A DNA stretch of 64,000 nucleotides from Emiliania huxleyi CCMP1516 (lineage: Eukaryota): positions 186,001-250,000 of the forward strand of contig NW_005201213.1 of assembly GCF_000372725.1 (NCBI RefSeq), given 5' to 3'. Positions within the stretch are counted from its first letter, which is position 1. Every line of letters starts with the position of its first letter. Made by a program: the position numbers and the translations under genes. The notes beneath the pieces are model-generated. The model did not search any database and had not been told where the DNA came from. It saw only the letters and a program-made list of their open reading frames with translations. This document shows positions 39,926 to 52,538 of this stretch, piece after piece.

Positions 39926-41011
39926 CTAAGTCCTCTCCCACCCAACCCGCCCACTTGGCGCCGGCGCAGGAGCCAGGGCAAGTGCCGGCGCTGGTGGCAA
40001 AGGTGCCGGCGCAAAGGCAACTGGCGAGGCGCAAGGAAGGTGTGGCGCAGCGTCCCCTGGAGCCCTGCCTAGCTGGTTGCGTAAGGCGCTTTCTCTGAGC
40101 GCCACCGCTTCATCATCGCACGCCGCCGCTGCCGCCAGCTCCACCTCAGCCACGGCCAGCAGCCTCGATGGCTCCCCGGCGGCACGCGCGTAGGCCACTG
40201 CCGCCTCGACCGCGGTGGCAAAGTAGCCCAGGGATACAGGCCTCCCGTTCTCGTAGCGCCTCGCCTCGAAACGGCCTGAGGCGTGCTCTTTCACGCCCTT
40301 GTAGCCGCTGCTGCTAATAGAGTGGTGCAAGCGTAGGCCCTCAGGCACCACCACCGCCGCCGGCGGAGGCCGTGGCTGGTACTCCCCCACCGCCCGCGCG
40401 TACGCCACCGCCGCCTCAACCGCCGAGTCAAAGACACCGATCGAGGTGGACCTGCCCTTCACAGTTTGCTGCGCCTGGAAGCGGCCAGAGGAGGGCTTTA
40501 TGTGCACACCCTTGTAGCCCGTGCTGCTGCGGCTGGAGAGATGCAGGCGCAGGCCCTCCGCTGATAATTGCTGCGGCTGCGGCGCTGGCGGCGGCAACGT
40601 CGGCCGCGGCGGCGGCGGCAAGCTCTCGCGAGACATGTCTGGTCCATTAGACTGAGGCTGCGCATCCTGCTGCCGCCACCCGCGCGCAATGAGCTTGGCG
40701 GCCGCTCCCTTCTGCGCTGCCGGAAGCTCTGCTTCCGCGGGCTGCTCCGCCTCTTGCAGCCCTGCCCAGGGATCGGCCGCCTCTGGCCCTGTTGCCGGAA
40801 TCACCGCCTGCGCCAACTCTTCCGCCTCCATGAGAGTTTTCCCGCTGCATATTGGCCCTGTCACCGCCGCCTCTGCCGCCTCTGCTGCCACCGCCGACTC
40901 CGCTGGCGGAGCTGGCATCCTCGGATGCTCGTACGCGGCCGAGTTCGAATGCTCGATGGCGATGGCGTCCTCTTCGGCCGTGGTTGCGGGACCGTGGCGT
41001 TTTCGCTTCAT
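39926..41011 (-). CDS. Protein with two AP2-like DNA-binding repeats
   Basis: EGLRLHLSS..STGYKGV...GRF.A...G.F..AVEAAVAYARA occurs twice. Confidence 0.78.
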   Translation of the reverse strand: MKRKRHGPATTAEEDAIAIEHSNSAAYEHPRMPAPPAESAVAAEAAEAAVTGPICSGKTLMEAEELAQAVIPATGPEAADPWAGLQEAEQPAEAELPAAQKGAAAKLIARGWRQQDAQPQSNGPDMSRESLPPPPRPTLPPPAPQPQQLSAEGLRLHLSSRSSTGYKGVHIKPSSGRFQAQQTVKGRSTSIGVFDSAVEAAVAYARAVGEYQPRPPPAAVVVPEGLRLHHSISSSGYKGVKEHASGRFEARRYENGRPVSLGYFATAVEAAVAYARAAGEPSRLLAVAEVELAAAAACDDEAVALRESALRNQLGRAPGDAAPHLPCASPVAFAPAPLPPAPALALAPAPAPSGRVGWERT

Positions 41012-42668
41012 GCACATTGCGCGCGTCCTCGAGGACGGCAAACCGGGAAAATGACCTGTTCACGTAGCTTGTTCAGCTGGATCCGGGGCAGTCGGATGCA
41101 CCCCTCACTGGGGGAGGCGGCGCGGGCGGCAGGCGCATATGCGCGGGTGAGGGTCGGGCGGGGGGCGGAGCCGAGAGCGGCTCACGGGTTTGTCCGGTGG
41201 GGGGGGGCGGGGCGGGGCGGGGCGGGGTGGATCGGGTCGGGTCGGGGTGGGGCGGGGTTGCTCGGGTCGGAAGAGAAGAGAACCTCCTTATCAGCTGGTC
41301 GGCCGCCATGTGGGCCTCCGGGCCTGCTGCGGCGGCGCGGCCGGTTGAGGCCGGGCTCGGCCCGCGGCCCGCGACGGCTGGCCGCCGACGAGCGATCTCG
41401 CGCTGCTCGTCAAAATGGCGGCGGTGTCGATTGCGGCAACGGTCGTTCAGTCGCTCAGCGCTCAGGCGTCTGTCGTCTGTCGTCTGTCGTCTGTTGTCGC
41501 ATTTCGCACACGCGCGCGCCGCGCGACCCGCGTCGCTCCGCGAGGGCATGAGCCTTCCGCGCCCCCGCAATCTTCTACCCCCACGACTCGGAACGCGAAT
41601 GTGACAGGACCATCGGGTCCTTCGGCCACCAAAGCGAGATCACCCGAGAGCAGCTGAGTCTGCCTCTGGCCTCGCCTCCCTCTCCTTCAGGCATTCGTGG
41701 CATCCTATGGGTCGTCCAGAGTTATCGACCTCTGGCGAGTCAGCCAGCCCCACTTTGAGGGCGCCATGAAGTACAGCGATCGCCAACTCGCTGGCCTCTT
41801 CGCAAGGCCCCCCGACCGTGTCGAACTCATCGACGCGGGCTCTCTCGGCTGCGGGACCGGCCCCAGCTTCGGCTGAGGGCTGACAAGCTGCCGAGCCCAA
41901 ATCACTGTGAGAGTCGTGATTTCTTGTTGATTTTCAAAAAATCTCTCTCGGGTCGGGGTGGGGAGGGGTTGTGGGGTGGGGTGGGGATGACATGTCGGGG
42001 TGGGGAGTGGGTGGGCGCCGGAGTGGGCGTGGTGTGACTGCTCCTGTGGCGCGGGCGACGGCATGTGAATTTTGTTTTTTTCACACGCAATCTCACTCTA
42101 TCAGAGGCGTGAATCCTTTAGGATTCTCGCCCGCTCTGCTGAGGGGAGGAGCCGGACGATCGCTCGGTCGAGCCTGCCCTGCTGGTCTCTGACCTCATGT
42201 TGACATTCTATTCACAGACAAATGAATCTCGGCGGGCGGATTACGTCCCGCGCTCACACTGCTCACTCCTTGTGCGAGCCGCCGGTCAGCGATCAGCTCG
42301 CCTCTCCTACTTATCTTCCGTCGCTTTCGTCGTGATGAGTGCGGTCGACATCGCGGCGAAGGCCGTCTTCACGGCATCGTCGACGTCTGCGACGAACGGG
42401 ATTACAGTGGGACAAATCATCGTCCGAAAGATGAAGGTGCTTGACGACGCCCCCCCTGCCTCCGTTGCTCAGCGGGGCAGCTGACGCGCAACAGCTCTCC
42501 CATAGGCGACTCGGCAGGTGCGCCGGCGCAAGCCATCGCCTAGATGCTACGCGCCCCTGATCCCTGCCCAGCGCCCGGGCGACGCCCGGGCTCACACTCC
42601 CCTCGAGACACTCCCACACAGCCAACGAGGGACTGGGGGGCAACCGTTGCGACTGGTGCGCGCACACG

Positions 42669-43115
42669 ATGGTCTCCGCGGTGCCGGGAAAATCTACCAC
42701 AAAACTACTACGACGGCAGCCAAAAGCTCTTCTTCTCGTCGAAACACCACGTCGGCTGCGCTCACCGCCGACGGCTGCCCTTGCCGTCGACATTTTTTCC
42801 GCCGATTCATCGCCGCCGTCTTTATCCCAAGCGTCTAGGCCACTGCTGGCGGTCACCACCGATCTCCACGTCGCCGATTCCATCGCGGAGGACGCCACCA
42901 CCGCCGGAGCTAGCACCTCCTCGGCACGCGGGGCACTTCCCGCCTCCCCCCCCCCCCCCCTCCCTCGCGCCTGGGCCGCTCGGGACGCAGCCCCGCGTTC
43001 TCCCCGCCCCCCCCTCCTCCCTCCCTGCCTCGACCCTCTTCCACGCGCCGCTCGCGCAGGTCTGCTATACTCGGGGTCGTATTTCGATGTGCCACACACC
43101 GACAACAAACAAAAG

Positions 43116-43212
<97 letters not shown>

Positions 43213-44793
43213 CCACCACCACCCACCCACCCGCCACACACCACACACCCACACACACACACACACCCCACACACATTCCCCCCCCCAAACCCCCCCCGG
43301 CCTCTCTATATTCTCCGGCGTCCAATCGCCCGAGACATGAACTTGAGCCCGCTCCCTCGGGCGCCGCCCTCCGCAGGCTCAACGTTCGAGCTTTGTCTCC
43401 CGTCACTCTCTCCTCTCATTTCAGACCCCCCACTCATGCGCATAGCTGTTCGCACTTCCGACCAATGCAGGCCGCTTAAAGTGCCCCAGCGCCGCCCCAC
43501 ACCTTCGCCCCTGTGGCTGTGCCTCTCAGGCTCCGCCCTGCGCGGATTTCGAGTGCACCGGCTGCAACTATCTCAGCACCAATGGGGCCTATTATGAAGC
43601 GCCGCCTGGCCAGTGCTCCTTCGACTCGTCCACGCAGAAGTGCAAGACGTCGATCTGGAACGACGTCGAGAAGGACACGTGCCTCGCCGAGGTAATCCCC
43701 AATCCCCGCAACCCCCCCCCCCCCCCATCCCTCTCTTCCCCTCCTCCAGTCTCTCTCTCCCTCCCTCCCTCTCTCTCTCAGCCGCCGCCGCCTTTGCTTT
43801 GCGCTCCCTGCCGCTGCCCCAGCGCCGCCCCACACCTTCTTCCTCGCCCCTGTGCCCCTCTCAGGCTCCGCCCTGCGCGGATTTCGAGTGCACCGGCTGC
43901 AACTATCTCAGCACCAATGGGGCCTATTATGAAGCGCCGCCTGGCCAGTGCTCCTTCGACTCGTCCACGCAGAAGTGCAAGACGTCGATCTGGAACGACG
44001 TCGAGAAGGACACGTGCCTCGCGCCCCCTCCGTCCGCGTCGCCCCCGCCGTCCGTTTCGCCGTCGCCGCCGCCGCCTCTGCCGCCGCCTCCCTCCGCCTT
44101 GCCTGCGCCGCCGCCGTCCGCCTCGCCCTCTCCGCCGCCGCCGTCCGCCTCGCTGTCGCCGCCGCCGCCTCTGCCGCCGCCTCCCTCCGCCTTGCCTGCG
44201 CCGCCGCCGTCCGCCTCGCCCTCGCCGCCGCCGCTGTCCGCGTCGCCCTCGCCGGCTGCCGCGCGCCGCGGCGGCACATGACCCGTCTNNNNNNNNNNNN
44301 NNNNNNNNNNNNNNNNNNNNNNNNNNNNNNNNNNNNNNNNNNNNNNNNNNNNNNNNNNNNNNNNNNNNNNNNNNNNNNNNNNNNNNNNACGCGGCGCCCG
44401 CTACAGGCGTGTGCCGCACGGACGAGCAGAACAAGGGCAACTTTGACGAGCTTTGGGGTATCGAGCTCGGGCTATTGGGGTGCCACGACAGGTGTCGCTT
44501 CAGCCGCGGCTGCACCGGCGCGCCTCCCCCCCCCCCACCCACCTCAGCTCCTCCCTCTTGGTCGCAGCACACCGCGCTTTGGCCCGCGCAGGGTTCGAGA
44601 TTACACGAGATTACACGAGCTTACACGAGATTGCCATCTGGCCCGCGCAGGGTTCGAGTACACCGTCGAAGGCAAGGCGTCCCGCTGCAAGCTCTTCAAG
44701 GGCCCCATCCTCTCGACGCTGCCTGTCGGCGGCGCGCGCTGCTACAAGAAGGCGTCCAAGACGGAGCTCGGGCCGCACAAAAAGCGGCTCTAG
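42669..44793 (+). CDS. Multi-exon Pro/Cys-rich surface protein with a duplicated exon and a PAN-like end; spans a gap, start uncertain
   Basis: Exon APPCADFECTGC...DTCLA is duplicated (43530-43687, 43865-44021). SPPP tract, then C..GCTGFEY...CKLF...CY. Confidence 0.5.
43118..43276. repeat. (CA)n microsatellite
   Basis: Seen directly. Confidence 0.97.
44289..44388. other. Assembly gap (100 N)
   Basis: Run of N. Confidence 1.
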
Positions 44794-45880
44794 GAGGGGG
44801 GCGTCGGACGGCGTCCCAATCCTACGGGGCGCCCTGCGGTGCTTTCGAGGAGGCCGATCGATGCGCGGCCCCGTTACCCTCCAGGCCGATCGGTAGGGGG
44901 CTGACGCGGACCGTAGCGCTAAGTGGCCTGGCCCGCCACTGATGGAGCAAGACTCAAAGCGGAGGACCGGGGAACGCCGAAATTACACAAATGACTGTGA
45001 ACACATCCACAGTCATCCACAGTCTAGTAAGTGCATAGCTATCTAGTAGTAGTACTCAGAAGCACCCTTTCTTTGTGCGGAGCTCCGGACCAAGCGTCTA
45101 AGTGTCCTCCTTTAGCTTTACGGAGCCTCCTACGTCCTTCCATATCCCACACTGCACACACCCCCGGTCTCTTCTTTCACATCCTGACCTATAGCGACAG
45201 GAACGTAGACATCCCTCCCTACAGCGACTCGGAGGATGTGGCGGCTGCGGTGTGTAAACAGGCCGAACGGTGGGGGACGGGGAGGAACGGGAGGGGGAAG
45301 AGGACGGAGAGGAAGAGGAGTCACTTGAGGGGGCTGGTGGTGACGGGCTCTCAGCACTCAGATCGCGGCTGCTCACCGCAGCAGGCTGGGCGCGGGCGAC
45401 GGCTTCCTCAGAAAAAGAATTGAACATTCCTGAGTCGCTCGCCACTCTGGCACTAACAGAGTAATACACAGCGTACATTCTACATACATACACTACGAAA
45501 AAGAAGCTCGGTAATTCGGAATGAAATTCGCGATCGCCACCCCAGGCACGGGACTGCGACTGGCGGCTGCGGGCTGGGCGCGGCAGCACCAGCAGCACTG
45601 GCACTAAGAGAGGAACCAGTGCATGAAGAAGAGAATTTTACAACGAAACTCCTCTCACAACCCTCGAAGATTTCACGGCGGACCTGTACCAGCCCCCCTC
45701 GCCCCTCCCCTCGCGATGGCGCTCCCTCCCCCTTCGAATACCTGCTCTCACCTGACCCCCACGCCCCACCCCCACCACACCCGCACGTCAGCATACAACC
45801 CGTCTCGTTGTCTCTCATCCAACTCTCCAGCTCCAACTCTCCAGATCCACGCCGCGCCCTGCCCCTGCCCCCTGGCCGAC

Positions 45881-48800
45881 TCAGCGCGCGGCCGCCTCTG
45901 CGCGTTGCCAGCGCGCGGCCGCGACGAAGCGACCCATTAGCTCCTCAGCCGAGCGGGCGGTGCCGCCGCCTTCCTTTGCGGCGAAGCGCGCATGGATCGC
46001 GGGCATGGACTCGCGGATCGCCTCGCTAAGGTGCTGCTCCTCGGCCCGCGACCACGGCGCCGGGCCCGCAGGCGCCGCCTCGATCGCACCGCCTCGCTGG
46101 CTCGCCGCTGATGGCTCCGCTGGCTCGGCCGCCTCTGGCTCGGCCGCCTCTGGCTCGGCCGCCGCCGACGACGACGATGACGGCTCCGCCGCTGCCTCCT
46201 GGCGGGGCGGCACGCGCCGCCAGTCGGTGCCCTCCTCGCGCCACGAGAACCAGTCGTGCCATCCGGCCTCGTCGGACGGCGTGCGGACCAGCGCCTGAAA
46301 CCAACCGTCCTCCAGCACGGCCGTCACGGTCGCGCGGAGCCACGCGGCGGGCTGCCCCTCCTCCTCCTCCACCTCCACCTCGATCACACCCCCCTCGCGC
46401 GGCCACACCCACCCGGAGGGCGGCGGTGGCGGCCGGGCGCGGCCCGGCGCGATCAAAAAGTCGGACCCGCCGCTCGGCTCGCCCGAGCTGCGGCCAGATC
46501 CGACGGCGTTCGTCCCGTCGAACGCCATCTCGACCACCTCCGCGTCGACCCACTCTGCGCCGTCTGCAGAGTCGTCGCCGTCGGAGCCGTCGCCGTCGCT
46601 CACGACGGCAGCAACGATGAGCGGCGAGCCGCCATCGGAGGACGCGCCCGCGCTCTGGTCGGCGGCAGCGCAGGGCATGCAGATGTACTCCTCCGCCTCC
46701 TCGGCCTGCTGCTTGTCCACACCGGCGCACTCGCCGTGGCACCAGCGGCCGCACGCGTCGCAGCTGATCCACACGCCCTCAAACGGCAGGTTGTTGGTCG
46801 GCAGGTGGCGGTCGGTGTCGCAAAAGCAGCCGAGCTCGCGAGGGCGCTTGGTGCCCTTGCCGCGTGAGGCCGGCGTCAGCCCCTCCCCGCCCGCCCGCGC
46901 GAACGCCACCGCCGCCTCGACCGCCGTGTCGAAAGTGCCCAAGTGGACCCGCCTCCCATTCAACTTGATCTCAACCCGGAAGCGGCCGCAATCCTTGGTC
47001 ACACCGCGGTAGCCGGTGGGATTGCGGCTAGACAGGTGCAACCGCACCCCTCCCGCATCTGCCACCACCGCCGGAGCCTCCCCGACCGCCCGCGCGTAGG
47101 CGACTGCCGCCGCCACCGCCGTGTCGAAGGTGCCCAGATGCGCGCGTAGGAATCTGCCGCCACCGCCGGTCTCGGCCGAAAAGCGACCAGAGCGCACCTT
47201 GAACACGCCCATGTAGCCGGTGCTGTTGCTGCTCGAGAGGTGCAGGCGCAGCCCCTCTGCCACTGACGCAGCCACTGACGGAGCCTCGGCGAATCCTGCC
47301 CGCGCCTGCTCGGCCGCCGACGCCCGCTCTGCCCCCTCCTCCCCCTCCTCCTCCTCCTCTGCCTCCCCCTCCTCCTCCCCCTCCTCCGCTCCTCCCTGCC
47401 CGACCGCCCGCGCGTACGCCACCGCCGCCTCCACCGCCGTGCCGAAGCTGCCCAAGTGCAGACACGTTCCGTCCAGCATGTGCCGCGCGTTGAAACGGCC
47501 CCTCCGCATCCGCACGCCTCTGTATCCGGTGCTGTTGCTGTTGGAGAGGTGCAAACGCAGCCCCTCTGCCTCCTCGACCACCGGCGCCGGCTCTGCCCGC
47601 TCCTCCCGCTCCTCCCCCTCCTCTGCCTCCTCCCCCTCTTCCGCAGCTGCATCCTCCGGCGCCTCCGCGACCGCCCGCGCGTACGCCGCCGCCGCCTCCA
47701 CCGCCGTGCCGAAGCTGCCGAGGCTGCAGTACCTCCCGTCCACCACGTGCCGCGCCACGAAGCGGCCAGAGTGATGCTCACACACGCCTCTGTAGCCGGT
47801 TCTGTTGCTACTGGAGAGGTGCAGCCGCAGCCCCTCTGCCTCCTCCACCACCTCCCCCTCCTCCTCCTCCTCTTCCTCCTCTTCCGTGGGTGCGGTGGGT
47901 GCGGTGGAGGCGGTAGCGGCGGAGGAGGAAGAGAAGGAGGCGGCGGGAGGGGTGGTAGAAGAGGCTGCCGAGAGTGCGACGGCGGCGGCGCGGCTGGAGC
48001 GTCGCTTCGGCGCGGGCGCGTCGGTCGACTCGTTCTCGCCCTCGCCCTCGCCCTCGCCCTCCTCCATGGCGCCCTCGGTCCAGTTCGGGCCAGTGTGGCC
48101 CATCACCACCTGTGGCAACCAATCGATGTCAAAGGGTGTTGAGGCGGTACATCGCTTGGGGATCTCTCCAAACGTACCCGGCAAGTGTGAATCGTCCGGT
48201 GCGCAGCCTTGCACCCAGTGCACGCCAGCTCGAGCGGCGCCACCTCTTGCGCCGTGTGCTGGTTAACCCGCAGCGGCGGTGGTGCTGCTGCCGGCGGTGG
48301 CCTCCCGCGCAATCCCTGTTGTCGTTCTTGGCGCAATCCTGGTGTCACCGCTGCAGCCGGCCGAGCCAGCGGGTCGGGTGCCTCCCCATGAATGGAGCAG
48401 TGGCGCCGCCCGACTCGGCGGCACACAAGGCAGTGGCGTCGCCCGCCCGGCCCTACCCCAGGGCCGCCTCCGTCGCCGCCTCCGTCGCCGCCGTCGCCGC
48501 CAGCGCCACACTCCACGCCATCCCACCCCTTCTCCTCCTCCTCCCCCTCGCCGCCGCCCAGACCGACGGACTCCTCCAGCCTCGCCTCCAGCTCCGCAAC
48601 CGTGCCGCTCACGCGCAAGCCCGCCGCCCGGCAAGCCTCCCGCAGCGCCGGGTGGGTGGGGCCGCCCCGGCCGCGGAGCAGGTCGGCGATCGCGGTCGCG
48701 TCTTCGGCGAAGCCGTAGTAGGAGAGGCCCATCGCCTGCGGGAAGTTCCGAGGAGGTTCAAGGGAAGGGTACCTCGGCCGAAGCCGTAGCAGGAAGCGGC

Positions 48801-50864
48801 CCAACGAGCCTTGCACATCGCCTTGAGGGGTCGCGTCCCGAGGGGCTCGAGCCAAGAGAGGCCCTCCTCGGCCTCCTTCATCTCCTCCTCCTCCTCCCCC
48901 TCCTCCTCGCCCTCGCCCTCACCCTCGCCCTCCTCCTCGCCCTCCTCCGCTCCTCCCTGCCCGACCGCCCGCGCGTACGCCGCCGCCGCCTCCACCGCCG
49001 TGTCGAAGCAGCCGAGGCCGACCACCCTTCCGCCCACCCTGCGCTGCGCCCGGAAGCGGCCGTCCGCACGTGCGTACACTCCCCTGTAGCCGGCGTTGCT
49101 GTTGCTCGAGAGGTGCAGACCCAGCCCCTCTGCCTCCTCGACCACCGACGCCGGCTCTGCCCCCTCCTCCCCCTCCTCCTCCTCCTCTGCCTCCCCCTCC
49201 TCCTCGCCCTCCTCCGCTCCTCCCTGCCCGACCGCCCGCGCGTACGCCACCGCCGCCTCCACCGCCGTGCCGAAGCTGCCCAAGTACAGACACGTTCCGT
49301 CCAGCATGTGCCGCGCGTTGAAGCGGCCCCTCTGCATCCGCACGCCTCTGTATCCGGTGCTGTTGCTGTTGGAGAGGTGCAAACGCAGCCCCTCTGCCTC
49401 CTCGACCACCGGCGCCGGCTCTGCCCCCTCCTCCCCCTCCTCCTCCTCCTCTGCCTCCTCCCCCTCTTCCGCAGCTGCATCCTCCGGCGCCTCCGCGACC
49501 GCCCGCGCGTACGCCGCCGCCGCCTCCACCGCCGTGCCGAAGCTGCCGAGGCTGCAGTACCTCCCGTCCACCACGTGCCGCGCCACGAAGCGGCCAGAGT
49601 GATGCTCACACACGCCTCTGTAGCCGGTTTTGTTGCTACTGGAGAGGTGCAGCCGCAGCCCCTCTGCCTCTGCCGGCCGCTTTGTGCCCTTGCCGCGCGT
49701 CGCGGTCTTGCCCGCCGCCGGCTCCGCCGCGCCCGCAGACTGCTTGTCGAGCAAACGTCGGGCGAGCTCCGCCTTGGTGCCCTGCTTGACGAGGCCCTCC
49801 GCCTCGCACAGCGCCTTGAGCTGCGACACGCTCAGACCGCCGCTCTCGCGCAGCCGCCTCGCCAGCGCCTCCGAGTTGCCGCACGCCGGCAGCCCTCTCG
49901 CCTCGCAGAGCGGCTTGAGCCGGCGGGGCGGCAGCCGATCCAGCCAGTTTAGCGTCAGCGCCTCCGCCTCGGCCTCCGCGTCGTGCTTGCGCCACGCGTC
50001 AGCCAGCGAGGCGGAGCGCAGCCCCGCTGGGCTGTGGTAGATGGAGTACGTGCGCTCCGAGGAGGTTGTGCGCTGCTCGACGCTCCAGCCCGGCGGCAGG
50101 GTTGCTGCTGCGGGCGCGGACCCCGGCGGTGGTGGCTCTGGCAGCCCCTTGGTCGGCGGCGGCGGCTGCGGCTGCGGCTGCGGCGGCTGCGGCGGCGGCG
50201 TCGGCGGCGTCGGCGGTGGCACGGCCGGCCGCGCCAGTTTGCGCGCTTTTGGGCTCCTGCCCTCTGCCTGCTCCGCGGCCTCGGGCGGCGGCGCCTGCTC
50301 GGGCGGCGCCGCCTGCTCGGGCCGGATGAGCTCGGCCGCGACGCCCTCCTCCTCGTCGCCATCCTCGTAGACCAAATCGTACGTGCCGTCTGCGTTGACT
50401 GCGGCGATCCGTGCGGGGAACCACGCCTTTTTCCTTCCATACCCGGGCCGCGGTGCCGACGAGACGCGGTCTCCTCGCGCATACGTGGCGGTAGAGGTGG
50501 AGGCGGCGGCGGCTGCCAGGGACGTACTCGTCGCGGCTGCGCGGCGGAGTTGGTAGGTGGGGTGCTCGTCTCGGTCTGTCGTCGCCTCCGCCTCCGCTGT
50601 CGCCGCCGCCTCCGCCTCGTCGACCGCCCTCGCGTACGCCACCGCCGCCTTCACCGCCGAGCCAAAGAAGCCGAGGTGCCGGTCCGGCCTCTGAGAGAGA
50701 GACCCCCTTGGCCTCCGTCGCTGAGCATAGAAGCGGCCGCTCAGAAAGTAGACGCCCTTGTAGCCGGTGCTGTTGCTGCTCGAGAGGTGCAGGCGCAAGC
50801 CCTCTGCCACCGCCACCGCTGGCGGCGCGGAAGCCTCAAGCTCAGACTGCAGGGGCGCCGCCAT
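45881..50864 (-). CDS. Multidomain chromatin protein: 8 AP2-like repeats, Tudor-like, MBD-like, SAP, PHD and Agenet-like; 3 exons
   Basis: WFPARIAAVNADGTYDLVYEDGD (Tudor), LPPGWSVEQR..YHSPAG (MBD), LSVSQLKALCEAEGL..GTKAELARRL (SAP), CFC..WISCDACGRWCHGEC..YICMPC (PHD). Introns at ~48737-48808 and ~48110-48266. Confidence 0.78.
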
Positions 50865-51022
50865 CCCGCACCCCCTGGCGCACTTTGTTTTCTTTTTTGT
50901 AGGTACAATTCAGCAATATATCAATATACCCCCACAGGAACAAATCTAACCCTATAAGTCCCACCGCCACCAGTTTCCGACCGTCCCACCGATTCGGTCG
51001 TTTGCACCACCAGCTCCGCCCA

Positions 51023-52424
51023 ATGGCCAAGCGACGGCTGAACCCGGACGAGATTCGAGCAGCCGTGGAGGCGGGACCGCCCCCCCACTCAGTCAACTAC
51101 GAGACCGACAAAAAATGGCATGCCGAGCAGAATCGCTGGCTCGCCAAATGGACCGAACGCCGGCTCCCCCCCGACAGCGGCGACAGCGGGAGCAGCCGGC
51201 GGGACCAGTGGCGCGATCGAAAGCAGCAGCATGCACGGCTGCTGCGGGCGGCGGAGAAGGAGCCATCTGCCTCCCTGAAGCGCCAGCGCAAGGCCGCAGC
51301 GACACCTGCCGTGACACATAGCGGCCGTGTGCACGCTGGCCCGCCACGGCTCAAGAGGCCAAAGCCGCCGCCGGAAGGTGGCGACCAGCAGGCGTACGAG
51401 CTCGCCATGGGCATGTATGGTATTGCTCGCGACACCAGGCGCAAGATGTCGAGGCGGACCAAGAGCGAAGACGCCGAGCGCAAGAGGGATGCGCGAGCGA
51501 TCACGGCGATGATGGCAAGTGCGAGCATTGGTTCGGCGACTACACAGAGCGCCGCTGCTGGAGCTGCCGGCGCCACCTCCAGCCAGATGGTTCCTGAAGC
51601 AGGCATGCCGGGGGTGGCTTTGCCTCCCATCCCTCCCCGCCCCACCCACCATCACCACACAAGGCTTCCCCGTGGTAGGGCCGCAGGCAGTCATGGCCGC
51701 CAAGGAGCGAATGGAGAGGGAGCGCGAGCGGTCGCAGCGGCGGCGTGACGTGGCCAAGCTCACGGTGACAAGCTATTATGAGGAACGCATGCGGATTCGG
51801 CGGCTCGATGAGCAGGTGGCGCTGCTCAAGGCCGCTGATGAGGCGCTGCGAGATTCTGACTATTGGCGGACCACTGGCTTCTTTAGCAGCGTGCGAGGGG
51901 ATAACTACTATGACCATTGGCTGTGCCTCGCAATCAAGGAGTGGGCCGCTTCGCATGAGCCAGATGGCTCCCAGCAGTGGGAAAGCGCACTGATGGCGGT
52001 GGCGGTCGAGTCCGCTACACGACGCGGCTGTGGGACTGGAGCATCAGCCACCGGGTTTCGGCGCATCGGTGCACTGGCCACGCTGCGGTGGCTGCTGCCC
52101 AGCCTGAGCTTCAAGCCCATACCCGGCTCACTTGACCCTGACCCTGTCTTGGGCGTGCAGCAACGCGCTGCAGCAGGCTACTGCGTGTGCGGATGCGTCC
52201 TGGAGCCTTTTGAGCCGCTCTCTCAGGAGGATCTCGCGCTTGGCGGCCCACCCACGGACGAGTGCAACACACCCGCCAGCGGACTGGTGCCCTTTTGCAG
52301 AGTGCACGGCCGGCGTAAACGTTACAGGCTGCCGGATAGATTGATCCAGAAGATGCAAGAGTACAATGTGGCACGGCAAAGACGGCAAGACCTGAGCATG
52401 TTTGGTGTGTTGCCGCAATTTTAA
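51023..52424 (+). CDS. Hypothetical protein, probably 2 exons, with a Cys/His-rich end
   Basis: Two overlapping ORFs joinable by a GT-AG intron at ~51590-51686. No recognised domain. Confidence 0.45.
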
Positions 52425-52538
52425 CGAGGGCCTTTTCTTTGTGCAAAATTCAAGTAGAAACAATTCTTTTTACGAGGACGGGCGGATCGCTCCGTCGTCG
52501 GATCTGGATTGCGATTGCCCCTCGCTTGGCGGTGCAAA

